Below, piece after piece: positions 25,963-35,800 of a stretch of 44,560 nucleotides of DNA. The position numbers were made by a program, and so were the translations under genes. A model generated the notes under the pieces. It was not told the DNA's origin, did no database searches, and worked only from the letters and a program-made list of their open reading frames with translations. How positions within the stretch are numbered: position 1 is the stretch's first letter; the number at the start of each line of letters is the position of its first letter. This stretch comes from Cyclobacteriaceae bacterium (GTDB lineage: Bacteria > Bacteroidota > Bacteroidia > Cytophagales > Cyclobacteriaceae), in contig JALOMY010000001.1 in the NCBI GenBank assembly GCA_025455225.1, forward strand, positions 1 to 44,560. Reading direction: 5' to 3'.

Positions 25963-28900
25963 ATGCACCAGATCAGGCATTTTTTAATTGCGGCATTACT
26001 CCTCATTTTTTCTGCCGTTGCTTATGCACAACCTGCCACCGTTACGGTTGATGAAATTAGAAATCCCTGCGGGGCATCCGTTAACGGATCCATCCGGATC
26101 ACGGTAACCGCTGGTGCCGGCCCATTCACCTACTTTTTAATTGGTTTCAATACTCCAATTGTTTTATCCGCAAATCTTGCGCTGGGTGTTCCAACGGTGG
26201 TACCCAATCTGCCCCCAGACAATTATCTGTTAATAGTCTCGGACAATGATCCGGCTCCAAATTTTCAACAAGCATTTAATCTGGTCAGCTCCCCAATAAT
26301 TACGGGATCCGTTGACCCTGGATTTCCGGTAAACAATACCGGGTGTACTACACCTGATGGTGCAATCTCAGTAACAATTAATGGAGGTACTGGCGCTTAT
26401 TCCTATTTGTGGGCCGGGCCATCCGGTTATACCAATAATATAGAAGATATATCGGGTCTTGCAGGGGGTGATTATTTATTGCTGGTAACAGATGCCGGAT
26501 CAAGTTGTAATTTCCAATTGGGACCCATTAAGATTACTGATCCAGAACCTGCCTTACAGTCGATTACGAACACAGGTACTCAATTGATTTGTGTTGGTGA
26601 TGATGCCGTGGTCAATTTATCAGGGTCCGAAACAACGGTAACCTATGAAGTTCTGGTTAACGGTTTCTCGGTTGGAATACCAACAGTAAACGGAACCGGT
26701 GGTTCCATCAATATTCCTGTACCGGCCGGGTCGTTTACCGATGGTGATGCCCTGGTGGTACAAGCCCGCTCGGGAATATGTACTCCAATTCTAATGAATG
26801 GAGTAATCATCACGGATATTGTTGCACTGGTAACAAATAGTGTCGTAACCAACAATACAAGTTGTATATCATTTAACGGAGCAATCGATTTAACAGTAAC
26901 CGGAAGTGCCGGTCCATTTACCTACCAATGGTCAGGTCCTAATGGATTTACAAACAATACTGATCAGGATATCTCTAATTTGGAACAAGGTAATTATACA
27001 GTAATCGTTACCGATGTACCCAGTGGATGTACCCTCAACTCGGTTATCGTGGTTGGCGATAGCCGTCCTGTTCTTACGGTCGATAATTTAACATTTGCCG
27101 ATGTTTCCTGCTTTGGCGGAAATGATGGATCCATCCAGATTGCGGTGATCGGGGGCGCAGGATCCATAAGTTATACAATAACACCGGATGTGAACCTGGT
27201 TGGGAGTGTGGCATTAGGTAATTTTACTAATCTTCCAGCCGGAAACTATACGGTGCGTGCTACCGATGCTGTTAGCGGATGTTTTATTGATGTTATTCAG
27301 GCCATCAGTCAGCCACCGGCACCCACAGCCGATGCCGGGCCGGATCAAACAGTTTGTGCTGGAGACAATGTAGTGTTAGCAGGTGTTATAGGTGGTTCTG
27401 CAACCGGTGCATCGTGGAGCGGAGGAACAGGTGTTTTTACACCCGACAATCTTACCTTAAATGCTACATATACGCCCAGTGCTGCTGAAATAACTGCCGG
27501 TACAGTGACATTAACACTGACTACAATTGATCCGGACGGTGCAGGTCCTTGTACAGTAGCGTTTGACCAGGTAACCATTACAATTAATCCGGCAGCAACA
27601 GCCGATGCGGGTGCGGATCAAACCATTTGTTCCGGTAATACGGTAAGCTTATCGGGAGTAATAGGAGGTTCTGCTTTAAGCTCCACATGGTCTACTTCGG
27701 GTGATGGAACATTCAGTGATGCATCCATCTTAAATCCCATTTATACCCCAGGTCCTAATGATGTTACTTCAGGTTCTGTTACATTAACTCTGACAACGGA
27801 TGATCCTTCCGGACCATGTCTACAGGTAAGTGATGTTATTTTAATTACCATTAATCCTCTGGCAACAGTTAATGCCGGCCTTGACCAGGAAATTTGTTCA
27901 GGTCAGACAGTAACATTAGCCGGATCATTTGGAGGGGCTGCATCAAGTGCCATATGGACAACCGCTGGTGATGGCACCTTTGATAATGCGAGCTCACTCA
28001 CTGCAATTTATACACCGGGTCCGAATGACATTATAGCAGGAACAGTTACACTTACTCTTACTACTGATGACCCTTCCGGTCCTTGTTCACCGGCAATCGA
28101 TGATTTAATAGTTACAATTACGCCAGTTCCAATTGTTAATGCCGGAGCCGATCAGGAAATCTGTTCAGGCCAGACGGTGAGTCTGACCGGGTTAATTGGT
28201 GGTTCTGCGAGCAGTGCTACGTGGACAACCTCAGGCGATGGTACGTTTGATAATGCAGGTTCACTTACCGCGATTTACACGCCAGGCGCGAATGATATAT
28301 CAACGGGTACGGTCACATTGACCTTAACGACCAATGATCCAGCGGGGAACTGTCCATCCGTAAACGATGCAGCAGTCATTACCATTACACCTGCAGCCAC
28401 CGTGAATGCCGGAGCCGACCAGGAGATTTGTTCGGACCAGACTGTAAATCTGATTGGAGTAATCGGTGGTTCAGCGAGCAGTGCTAGCTGGACAACCTCG
28501 GGTGATGGAACGTTTGACAACGCAGGTTCCCTTACTGCGATCTACACTCCAGGTGTAAATGATATTATAGCTGGCACGGTTACATTAACCTTAACTACCG
28601 ATGATCCAGCCGGGAACTGTCCATCGGTAAACGATGCAGTAATCATTACGATTACACCAGCAGCCACCGCGAATGCCGGAGCCGACCAGGAAATTTGTTC
28701 CGATCAGACTGTTAGCCTGACCGGAGTAATAGGTGGTTCGGCAAGTAGTGCTACCTGGACAACTTCAGGAGATGGTTCGTTTGATAATATTAATTCATTA
28801 ACAGCGATTTATACACCTGGATTGAATGATCTTACTAACGGAACCGTCACATTAACCCTTACAACCGATGATCCATCCGGCAATTGTGGGTCAGTAAGCG

Positions 28901-31900
28901 ATGTAATAATCATTTCGATTTCCCCTGCGCCTACAGTAAATGCAGGCCCTGATCAAGCGATATGCAGTGGCAATACAGTAGCTTTAAATGGGATATTCGG
29001 TGGATCAGCAAGCAGCGCATCCTGGTCAACTTTGGGTGATGGAAGTTTCGACAACGTAAATTCACTTACGGCAGTATATACTCCAGGCCCAAATGATCTT
29101 ACTGCAGGAACGGTTACGTTAACTCTTACAACGGATGATCCGGCAGGGAATTGCGGACCCGTAAACGATATTGTAATTATAACGATTACCCCTGCCGCAA
29201 CAGCGGATGCCGGTACGGATCAGGAGATATGTTCCAATCAGACCGTGAGCCTCAATGGCGTAATCGGTGGATCGGCAAGTACCGGTACATGGACAACTTC
29301 AGGTGATGGCGTATTTGACAATGCCAATTCACTTACAGCGGTTTATACACCAGGTACCAGTGATTTAACAACAGGTGCTGTAACGCTGACTTTAACTACT
29401 GATGACCCCGCTGGAGATTGTACTCCAGCCAGCGATGCCGTAGATATCACAATTACACCATCTGCCACAGTTAATGCAGGAATTGACCAGGAGATTTGCT
29501 CCGGACAAAGTGTAAGCTTAAATGGAATTATCGGTGGTTCAGCCAGCAACGCAAGCTGGTCGACATCAGGCGATGGCTCATTTGATAATGTGAATTCATT
29601 AACTGCGATTTACACCCCTGGCCCTAATGATCTGACAGCCGGTACAGTTACGTTAACCTTAACCACAAATGATCCGGTTGGGAATTGCAGCGCATCAAGT
29701 GATGCGTTACTTATCACAATAACACCTTTGCCAACTGTAAATGCCGGAGCAGATCTGGATGCATGTTCGGATCAGTCGGTAACCCTGAATGGATCAATAG
29801 GAGGTTCAGCCAGCAGTGCTACCTGGACAACTTCAGGCGATGGTACTTTTAACAATGTCAATTTATTAGCGGCAATTTATACTCCAGGTCCAAACGATCT
29901 CGTGGCCGGAACGGTATCATTAACCTTGACCACGGATGATCCGGCAGGCAATTGCAGTTCGGTTAATGATCTCCTCGTTGTTACGTTTTCAACTGCAGCA
30001 CTTGTAGATGCAGGTCCTGATGTTTCAGTTTGTTCAGGAAATACTGTTTCGTTGAACGGAACTTTTGGTGGATCTGCAAGTAGTGCTGTTTGGACTACAG
30101 CCGGGGATGGAACATTTGATAATCCGAATTCACTCACAGCAATTTATACTCCGGGTGCCAATGATCTCACTGCCGGCACAGTTACGCTGACTCTTACAAC
30201 CGATGATCCTGCAGGTGTTTGTTCGGCAGTAAGTGATAATTTGGTTGTAACAATATCTTCTGCGCCTACGGCAACTCTTTCCGGAACAAATACAATCTGC
30301 CAGGGTGAAGCAACCAATCTTACTTTTATTTTAACCGGTGTAGGGCCCTGGAATCTTGTCTATACCGATGGGACAAATAATTTCCCGGTAAACAACATAG
30401 CATCAAGTCCTTTAATAATCAGTGTCACACCCGGTACAACAACAACATACAGCCTGGTTTCCATATCGGATACATGTGCACCTGCCGGAACGGTAAATGG
30501 AACAGCCATAATAACCGTTCAACCGTTGGCGCCACCAACTTCAGCAACCTTAAGCGGTGATGCCACTATATGCAACGGAGAGAATACGGATCTCTCAGTA
30601 ACTATTGCAGGTGGCACCGGTCCTTTTGAGGTAACAATCAACGATGGCACCTCGAATATTTTGATTTCTAACTATTCAGACGGAACTCCTATTTCTGTTT
30701 CTCCGGTTACATCGACAACCTATACTTTGGTTTCAGTCGTAGATAATAATGGATGTAATTCATTAGCATTGGCAGGCACCGCCACAGTTACCGTTAATCA
30801 GGGACCTACTGCGGCAACATTACAAGGCACCATATCCATTTGTACTGGTGGAACTGCCGTATTATCTGTTGCAATTACCGGGGGTATCGGACCGTATAGT
30901 TTTACTATTGATAATGGGGTAGGGTTGATTTCAAATTATATCAGCGGAGATCCAATCAATGTAGCACCACTTGTAACAACAACCTATGCGATTGTTGGTA
31001 ACGTTACAGATGCCAACGGGTGCATTATTGCTGGTACAGGGACAGCCGATGTTACAGTCTCGAGCGCACCAACTGCTGCGATCAGTGGCACGGCTTCCAT
31101 TTGTGACGGTCAATTTACAGATCTGACCATTACACTTACCGGAGTCGGACCGTGGGATATCGTTTATTCAGATGGCTCTTCGAATATTTCCGTTACCGGA
31201 ATTTTAACCAGTCCTCTGATAATACCTGTTAGCCCGGTCGCAACGACAACGTATACCCTTGTTTCGGTAGATGATACCTGCGGTGCAGGCACCGTATCCG
31301 GATCAGCAACAATAACAAAACGTCTTCCTACTGATCCTGTATGTATTGGAATCGGCATTGGCTGCTTTGCCTATACAATTGTAATTGATAATACACTTAC
31401 ACAAAGACCCTCATGTGATAATCAGAATGATGGAGTTATCGCGTTCAATGTTACGGGCACCGTGCCGGGTAATTACATCATACAGCTGATTTCTCCAACA
31501 GATACCCTTTCCCAGGTTGGGCCATCCGGGTTGTATGTATTTTCCAATTTATCTCCGAATGCTTACAGTTACCGGATTGAGGATGTAAATGGCAACATAT
31601 GCCAGCAACCATTCAATCTTCCATTGGAGACATCTGTGGTGGCTACAGCTTCAGGCTTTATTGATGTTGCTTGTTTTGGAACATCAACTGGCCAAGCCAC
31701 CTTTACAGTAACATCAGGGGGTAATTCACCTTATGAATATTCCGTGGATGGATTAACCTGGTTTTCGTTTTTATCTGGCCAGTCGGTAACTAATCTGCCT
31801 CCCAATGGAACGTATACAGTATTGATAAGGGATGATGAAAATGATTTATGTCCATATCCTGTATCCGTCACGATTAACAATATCAATCCGGCAATTACCA

Positions 31901-33249
31901 TTGATTTTGATACACAAGACGCCACGTGTGGCAACAATGATGGATCGATTTCCATTGTAACTCCACCGGCTGGAGGAACGGGCGGGCCGTATACCTTTAA
32001 AGTTGATGGAACAGATGCCGTTCCGGTAAATGACACGTTTGAGAATCTGTTTGGTGGAAACCATATCATAACCGTAATTGATAACTCAGGTTGTGAGCGT
32101 AATTTCACAGTCTTTGTTCCCTATCCGGATTTTATTCTGATTGCAGCCGTTAACAGCACTGATGCTTCCTGCACGCAACTTGGAAGTATTGGTATTCTGA
32201 TCGATAACTTTATCCCTTCCGCACCGTATGAGGTTGCCATTACCAATTCCATTTCAACGGTTCCTGTTGATTTCTTGGGACAATATTATTTAGGAAACGG
32301 TCTTGTTTTAATTACGGAGTTGACCCGGGGAGATTATTTTGTATGGATTAGAACCAGTGGTTCACAATGCCCAACCTTAGTAAATAACATAATTAATAAT
32401 TTACCGATTACTCTGGCTGGCCCTGTTCCAGTATCATTTGACGTAAGCTGCAGGTTCTCCAACGGTGATTTACAGCTAACAAATATTTCAGGTGCTCCGG
32501 GTTTGCCCTACCAATTTGAAGTATTTGGAAATGGTTTTCTGGTTACAGGAAACTTAACACCCGATCCATTGGGCAATGCTGTTATCAGTGGGTTTACATC
32601 CGGTCAGTATGCGGTTAATCTCATTCAGGACCAGGGCCCAATTGGAGGATGCCCTACAGCAAGTTCCGGTTACCAGAATGCGCCCTTAGCATCGTTGGAT
32701 ACAGTCTCTGTCCGTGTACCCGATCCGTTTGCCAAATTTGATCAATCATTCCCTGAAAAAGGGACAGCATCCCGCATAATACGGATACAGGAAAGCGGAT
32801 TGGGTGATTATGAAATCCGACTTGAATTGGTGGATGCTTTCGGATCACCGGATCCGAATCCAATCCGGGATTGGACGGTGATAAATAATCAGGAAATCCA
32901 ATACAGTGACCTTTTTGCAGGTAATTATATTCTTTCATTACGCGATGGTTATGGATGTCAGAAAAATTATAACCTGACCATCGATATGTTTACCGGTATC
33001 TGGATTCCCAACATCTTCACACCGAATAACGATGGATATAATGATACCTTTTACATCCGTAATCTTCCTGCTTCGGGTGCGGATTTAATTGTTTCCAATC
33101 GTTGGGGTAATCAGGTGTTCTCATCATCAGACTACCAGAACGAATGGGATGGAGCCAACCAGGCAGATGGTGTATATTATTACAGGCTTCAGGTGAATGG
33201 TGAAGTCTACACCGGATGGATTGAAATTATGCGGGGTTCAAAACCTTAA
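25963..33249 (+). CDS. giant SprB-repeat cell-surface adhesin with a type-B T9SS C-terminal sorting domain
   Basis: 2428 aa with a signal peptide (LLLIFSAVAYAQ). SprB-type repeats (C.....DG.I.....GG.GPY.Y.W.GP.G) occur in the N- and C-proximal parts. The middle holds 11 x 89-aa and 4 x ~90-aa tandem domains. The C-terminus reads IPNIFTPNNDGYNDTFYI...SNRWGNQVF...WDG...DGVYYY. Confidence 0.9.
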   Translation: MHQIRHFLIAALLLIFSAVAYAQPATVTVDEIRNPCGASVNGSIRITVTAGAGPFTYFLIGFNTPIVLSANLALGVPTVVPNLPPDNYLLIVSDNDPAPNFQQAFNLVSSPIITGSVDPGFPVNNTGCTTPDGAISVTINGGTGAYSYLWAGPSGYTNNIEDISGLAGGDYLLLVTDAGSSCNFQLGPIKITDPEPALQSITNTGTQLICVGDDAVVNLSGSETTVTYEVLVNGFSVGIPTVNGTGGSINIPVPAGSFTDGDALVVQARSGICTPILMNGVIITDIVALVTNSVVTNNTSCISFNGAIDLTVTGSAGPFTYQWSGPNGFTNNTDQDISNLEQGNYTVIVTDVPSGCTLNSVIVVGDSRPVLTVDNLTFADVSCFGGNDGSIQIAVIGGAGSISYTITPDVNLVGSVALGNFTNLPAGNYTVRATDAVSGCFIDVIQAISQPPAPTADAGPDQTVCAGDNVVLAGVIGGSATGASWSGGTGVFTPDNLTLNATYTPSAAEITAGTVTLTLTTIDPDGAGPCTVAFDQVTITINPAATADAGADQTICSGNTVSLSGVIGGSALSSTWSTSGDGTFSDASILNPIYTPGPNDVTSGSVTLTLTTDDPSGPCLQVSDVILITINPLATVNAGLDQEICSGQTVTLAGSFGGAASSAIWTTAGDGTFDNASSLTAIYTPGPNDIIAGTVTLTLTTDDPSGPCSPAIDDLIVTITPVPIVNAGADQEICSGQTVSLTGLIGGSASSATWTTSGDGTFDNAGSLTAIYTPGANDISTGTVTLTLTTNDPAGNCPSVNDAAVITITPAATVNAGADQEICSDQTVNLIGVIGGSASSASWTTSGDGTFDNAGSLTAIYTPGVNDIIAGTVTLTLTTDDPAGNCPSVNDAVIITITPAATANAGADQEICSDQTVSLTGVIGGSASSATWTTSGDGSFDNINSLTAIYTPGLNDLTNGTVTLTLTTDDPSGNCGSVSDVIIISISPAPTVNAGPDQAICSGNTVALNGIFGGSASSASWSTLGDGSFDNVNSLTAVYTPGPNDLTAGTVTLTLTTDDPAGNCGPVNDIVIITITPAATADAGTDQEICSNQTVSLNGVIGGSASTGTWTTSGDGVFDNANSLTAVYTPGTSDLTTGAVTLTLTTDDPAGDCTPASDAVDITITPSATVNAGIDQEICSGQSVSLNGIIGGSASNASWSTSGDGSFDNVNSLTAIYTPGPNDLTAGTVTLTLTTNDPVGNCSASSDALLITITPLPTVNAGADLDACSDQSVTLNGSIGGSASSATWTTSGDGTFNNVNLLAAIYTPGPNDLVAGTVSLTLTTDDPAGNCSSVNDLLVVTFSTAALVDAGPDVSVCSGNTVSLNGTFGGSASSAVWTTAGDGTFDNPNSLTAIYTPGANDLTAGTVTLTLTTDDPAGVCSAVSDNLVVTISSAPTATLSGTNTICQGEATNLTFILTGVGPWNLVYTDGTNNFPVNNIASSPLIISVTPGTTTTYSLVSISDTCAPAGTVNGTAIITVQPLAPPTSATLSGDATICNGENTDLSVTIAGGTGPFEVTINDGTSNILISNYSDGTPISVSPVTSTTYTLVSVVDNNGCNSLALAGTATVTVNQGPTAATLQGTISICTGGTAVLSVAITGGIGPYSFTIDNGVGLISNYISGDPINVAPLVTTTYAIVGNVTDANGCIIAGTGTADVTVSSAPTAAISGTASICDGQFTDLTITLTGVGPWDIVYSDGSSNISVTGILTSPLIIPVSPVATTTYTLVSVDDTCGAGTVSGSATITKRLPTDPVCIGIGIGCFAYTIVIDNTLTQRPSCDNQNDGVIAFNVTGTVPGNYIIQLISPTDTLSQVGPSGLYVFSNLSPNAYSYRIEDVNGNICQQPFNLPLETSVVATASGFIDVACFGTSTGQATFTVTSGGNSPYEYSVDGLTWFSFLSGQSVTNLPPNGTYTVLIRDDENDLCPYPVSVTINNINPAITIDFDTQDATCGNNDGSISIVTPPAGGTGGPYTFKVDGTDAVPVNDTFENLFGGNHIITVIDNSGCERNFTVFVPYPDFILIAAVNSTDASCTQLGSIGILIDNFIPSAPYEVAITNSISTVPVDFLGQYYLGNGLVLITELTRGDYFVWIRTSGSQCPTLVNNIINNLPITLAGPVPVSFDVSCRFSNGDLQLTNISGAPGLPYQFEVFGNGFLVTGNLTPDPLGNAVISGFTSGQYAVNLIQDQGPIGGCPTASSGYQNAPLASLDTVSVRVPDPFAKFDQSFPEKGTASRIIRIQESGLGDYEIRLELVDAFGSPDPNPIRDWTVINNQEIQYSDLFAGNYILSLRDGYGCQKNYNLTIDMFTGIWIPNIFTPNNDGYNDTFYIRNLPASGADLIVSNRWGNQVFSSSDYQNEWDGANQADGVYYYRLQVNGEVYTGWIEIMRGSKP
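27328..30270 (+). repeat. 11 in-frame tandem repeats (first 273 nt, then ten of exactly 267 nt = 89 aa) inside the adhesin gene
   Basis: Unit starts, read from the sequence: 27328, 27601, 27868, 28135, 28402, 28669, 28936, 29203, 29470, 29737, 30004. The consensus is [AV][ND]AG.DQ.ICS...V.L.G.IGGSASS..W.T.GDG.F.N...L.A.YTPG.ND...G.V.LTLTTDDP.G.C....D...ITI.P. There are two Cys per unit. Confidence 0.9.
30271..31320 (+). repeat. 4 in-frame tandem repeats of a second domain type (~87-91 aa) inside the adhesin gene
   Basis: Units start at 30271, 30544, 30814 and 31075. The consensus is A.[LI]SG...IC.G....L...[LI].G.GP[WFY]...Y.DG........S.P..I.V.P...TTY.LVS[IV].D.. Confidence 0.85.
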
Positions 33250-34256
33250 CGCAACGAGGTCAGGAATTTAAGTGTATCTATACCATCTGCATAGTCCCAT
33301 ACGTCCGGATACTGAGCTTTTCCAAAGGGTACAGTAGCAGGGTCAACGTTTCCAACTATACATTGTAGTTTATCCTGTATGGATGAAATTCGTTTCTGAA
33401 GTGTGCTTGCATCCTGGTAGTATTCATAGTATAGAACCGATATAGGCGAAACCAGACGTTCATTTTCCTGCAGCAGAATATAACCGGAATCAAGGAATAT
33501 CTGCTGATTGACAAGCAGAATGGCTTTCTGATAATCGTAATTATTCGCGTATTTGTGATGGTCGATCAGATTTGAATTACCAGACCAGAGTTTAAATAAT
33601 TCAGCTGGATTATAGCCTTCCGGAATAAACACCTTAGATACATTTCGGCAACCCAGACCAAAAAAGGAGAAGACATCTTTACCCAGGCTTTCCAGTTCTT
33701 GTGGAGTTTCATCGCCAGAAAGAATGGCGCAGGAAGTACGGTTTTTACGTATGATGTGGGGGAATTTCCCAAAATAATATTCGAAATGCCTGGCCGTGTT
33801 ATCGCTTCCAGTAGCAATGAATGCATCTGATCCCTGAAGCGTTCCGGTTTCAATCACAATCTGGTTTTGAAAAGCTGGTTCCATGGCAATTAATTCCGAG
33901 ATCAGCCATTTCATGGTGCTGGTGTCTTTGGAACTAAGTTTGGCTTTAGCTGTATGCCCGCTCAGTAGTACACATAAAAGATCATGAAAACCAACTAAGG
34001 GAATATTCCCGGCAAGTACTAACCCGATAACCTTTGTACGTACCTGACTAAAATCATATTTACTGGTCCATTTTTGGAGCGTCTCGCGTTCCAGAAAATG
34101 CTCTATTCCGTGTAGAGCCTGAAGCACATTAGTACCTGTAAACCATGGATTCTCAAGTATGGCCAGTTCAGCGAGTTCCTGCTTTTCTTTAGTACTCAAT
34201 TCACGAATCCGATCCCCCAGTTTCGATAGTGCAAGTATTCGTAGATCAAGGGTCAT
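33246..34256 (-). CDS. LuxC-like acyl-CoA reductase family protein
   Basis: About 336 aa. The overall pattern (...VLAGNIPLVGFHD..CVL..GH....K.SS.D...G....AATGSDN.....YYF...P...R..R.S.A.L.G.E...L..L..D.F.FFG.GCRN.SK...P) matches the Bacteroidota acyl-CoA reductase family as I remember it. I prefer the ATG at 34256 over the TTG at 34268. Confidence 0.65.
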   Translation of the reverse strand: MTLDLRILALSKLGDRIRELSTKEKQELAELAILENPWFTGTNVLQALHGIEHFLERETLQKWTSKYDFSQVRTKVIGLVLAGNIPLVGFHDLLCVLLSGHTAKAKLSSKDTSTMKWLISELIAMEPAFQNQIVIETGTLQGSDAFIATGSDNTARHFEYYFGKFPHIIRKNRTSCAILSGDETPQELESLGKDVFSFFGLGCRNVSKVFIPEGYNPAELFKLWSGNSNLIDHHKYANNYDYQKAILLVNQQIFLDSGYILLQENERLVSPISVLYYEYYQDASTLQKRISSIQDKLQCIVGNVDPATVPFGKAQYPDVWDYADGIDTLKFLTSLR

Positions 34257-34348
34257 GCTGCAAAACAATTAATGATATAAATCAGTTTGATGATTATGCT
34301 TTTGAAGGCTAATTTTATATAGCTTTAAACGTTCAAAATTAAGTAAAG

Positions 34349-34699
34349 ATGGCTATTAAGATAACCGATGAATGTATCAATTGCGGAGCTTGTGAGCCTG
34401 AGTGCCCGAACACCGCTATATATGAAGGAGGAAGAGAATGGACCTGGTCTGGTGGTACTAAATTGTCAACCGTAAAACTGGAAGATGGCTCTGAAATAGA
34501 TGCGAGTACTCCTCAGAACCCAGTATCGGATGAGTTTTATTACATCGTTTCCGGTAAATGCACGGAGTGCACCGGGTTTCACGAAGAACCTCAATGTGCT
34601 GCCGTTTGTCCGGTAGACTGCTGTGTTCCGGATCCGGATCATGTGGAATCAAAAGATGTGTTGCTGGCCCGGAAAGCCTATCTGCACCAGGAAGGTTAA
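34349..34699 (+). CDS. 4Fe-4S dicluster ferredoxin
   Basis: 116 aa. It has [12 protein letters not shown], and a second cluster motif [18 protein letters not shown]. Confidence 0.9.
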   Translation: MAIKITDECINCGACEPECPNTAIYEGGREWTWSGGTKLSTVKLEDGSEIDASTPQNPVSDEFYYIVSGKCTECTGFHEEPQCAAVCPVDCCVPDPDHVESKDVLLARKAYLHQEG

Positions 34700-34711
34700 G
34701 CCTTCCTGTTT

Positions 34712-35620
34712 TCACTTCATCCTGGCACGTTTAATCAGGTAGGTCTGAAGTATTGTGTTGATGTCATCACGGACATCAACGGGAACGAAGTCAATCTTGT
34801 ATTGATGACATCGCATTTGTAGGTTATTATAAAACTGAAATGCTGCTTCCTGGTACGTTGACCGAACATCAGCAGGATTTAGTTTTATCTTCTGCTGGTT
34901 CTCCATGTCAATAAATTCGATGGGCCGGTCATCGAATTCGAATTTAAATTCTGTTGCGTAATCCAAAACATGGAAAACAATCACTTCGTGCTTGTTATGC
35001 TTGAGGTGTTGAAGTGCTTTGAAGATGCCTTCCGTCTCATTGACATCACCATCGAACATATCGCTGAAAATCACAATCAGCGAACGCTTATGAATCTTCT
35101 CTGCAATTTCGTGCAAAACCCCGGCAACATTGGTGTTCCGGTCTGACGGTTTTCGATCCAATAATTCATTTAAAATCAACAGTACCTTATCTAAATGGGT
35201 AGGGGATGATTTTACCGGGGTAAGGGTTTCTATTGAATCCGAGAAAAAGCATAATCCAACAGCATCTCGCTGGATATTTAACAGGAAAGCCAATGAAGCG
35301 GCAACTACTGTGCTGTAACGGATCTTGGCCCTTGATTCCCTTGGGTAAAACATGGAAGGTGAAGTATCGATCGCAATCAGGCATCTCAGATTGGTTTCTT
35401 CCTCATAGCGTTTAGTAAAAAGTCGATCGGTACGGGCATATACTTTCCAATCTATATGGCGTGTACTTTCTCCTTCATTGTAAAGGCGATGCTCGGCAAA
35501 TTCAACTGAAAAACCATGATAGGGTGACTTATGCAAACCGGTAATGAAACCTTCAACCAGTTGCCTTGCTAAAAGCTCCAGGTTCGTTGTTTTATTGATA
35601 TCCGACAGGTTGATTTTCAT
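34712..35620 (-). CDS. DUF58 domain protein (vWA-like, normally MoxR-associated)
   Basis: 302 aa with G.H.S...G.S.EF.EHR.Y..GD..R.IDWK..AR......K.YEEE, then the LIAIDTS.SM...vWA-like core. Confidence 0.85.
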   Translation of the reverse strand: MKINLSDINKTTNLELLARQLVEGFITGLHKSPYHGFSVEFAEHRLYNEGESTRHIDWKVYARTDRLFTKRYEEETNLRCLIAIDTSPSMFYPRESRAKIRYSTVVAASLAFLLNIQRDAVGLCFFSDSIETLTPVKSSPTHLDKVLLILNELLDRKPSDRNTNVAGVLHEIAEKIHKRSLIVIFSDMFDGDVNETEGIFKALQHLKHNKHEVIVFHVLDYATEFKFEFDDRPIEFIDMENQQKIKLNPADVRSTYQEAAFQFYNNLQMRCHQYKIDFVPVDVRDDINTILQTYLIKRARMK

Positions 35621-35800
35621 CGATTTATGTCAATATTTCAAACTTTTAAGGGAAGTAATGAATTGATTTTCAAGCACCTATACTAGCCCAAAATGTGATT
35701 TTTGACTTAATTCAATCGTTGGCACTTTTGCAATAAAAGTCCAAAATACTATATTAACAGAATAAATTAACCTAAACCCTTAACCTAAACCTGAAGGATT

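Noticed and set aside
27328-30270. The strict 267-nt periodicity initially suggested a CRISPR-like or satellite/mobile repeat array.
   Set aside because: The period is a multiple of 3. The units lie entirely within one open frame and are conserved at the protein level with synonymous divergence. There are no short invariant repeats separated by unique spacers.
26643-32108. A series of 60-125-aa minus-strand ORFs inside the giant adhesin gene (for example 26643-26855, 27345-27578, 28275-28520, 29343-29549, 29877-30137, 31731-32108).
   Set aside because: They are antisense to a continuous 2428-codon frame with clear domain structure. Their repetitive Pro/Val/Thr-rich translations mirror the sense-strand repeats, and they have no starts or signals of their own.
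35621-35800. The 180-nt AT-rich spacer between the DUF58 and PUR-alpha-like genes, examined for a riboswitch, sRNA or small ORF.
   Set aside because: It has no stable conserved-looking helices, no terminator and no ORF of any length with a plausible start. It is most simply a divergent promoter region.
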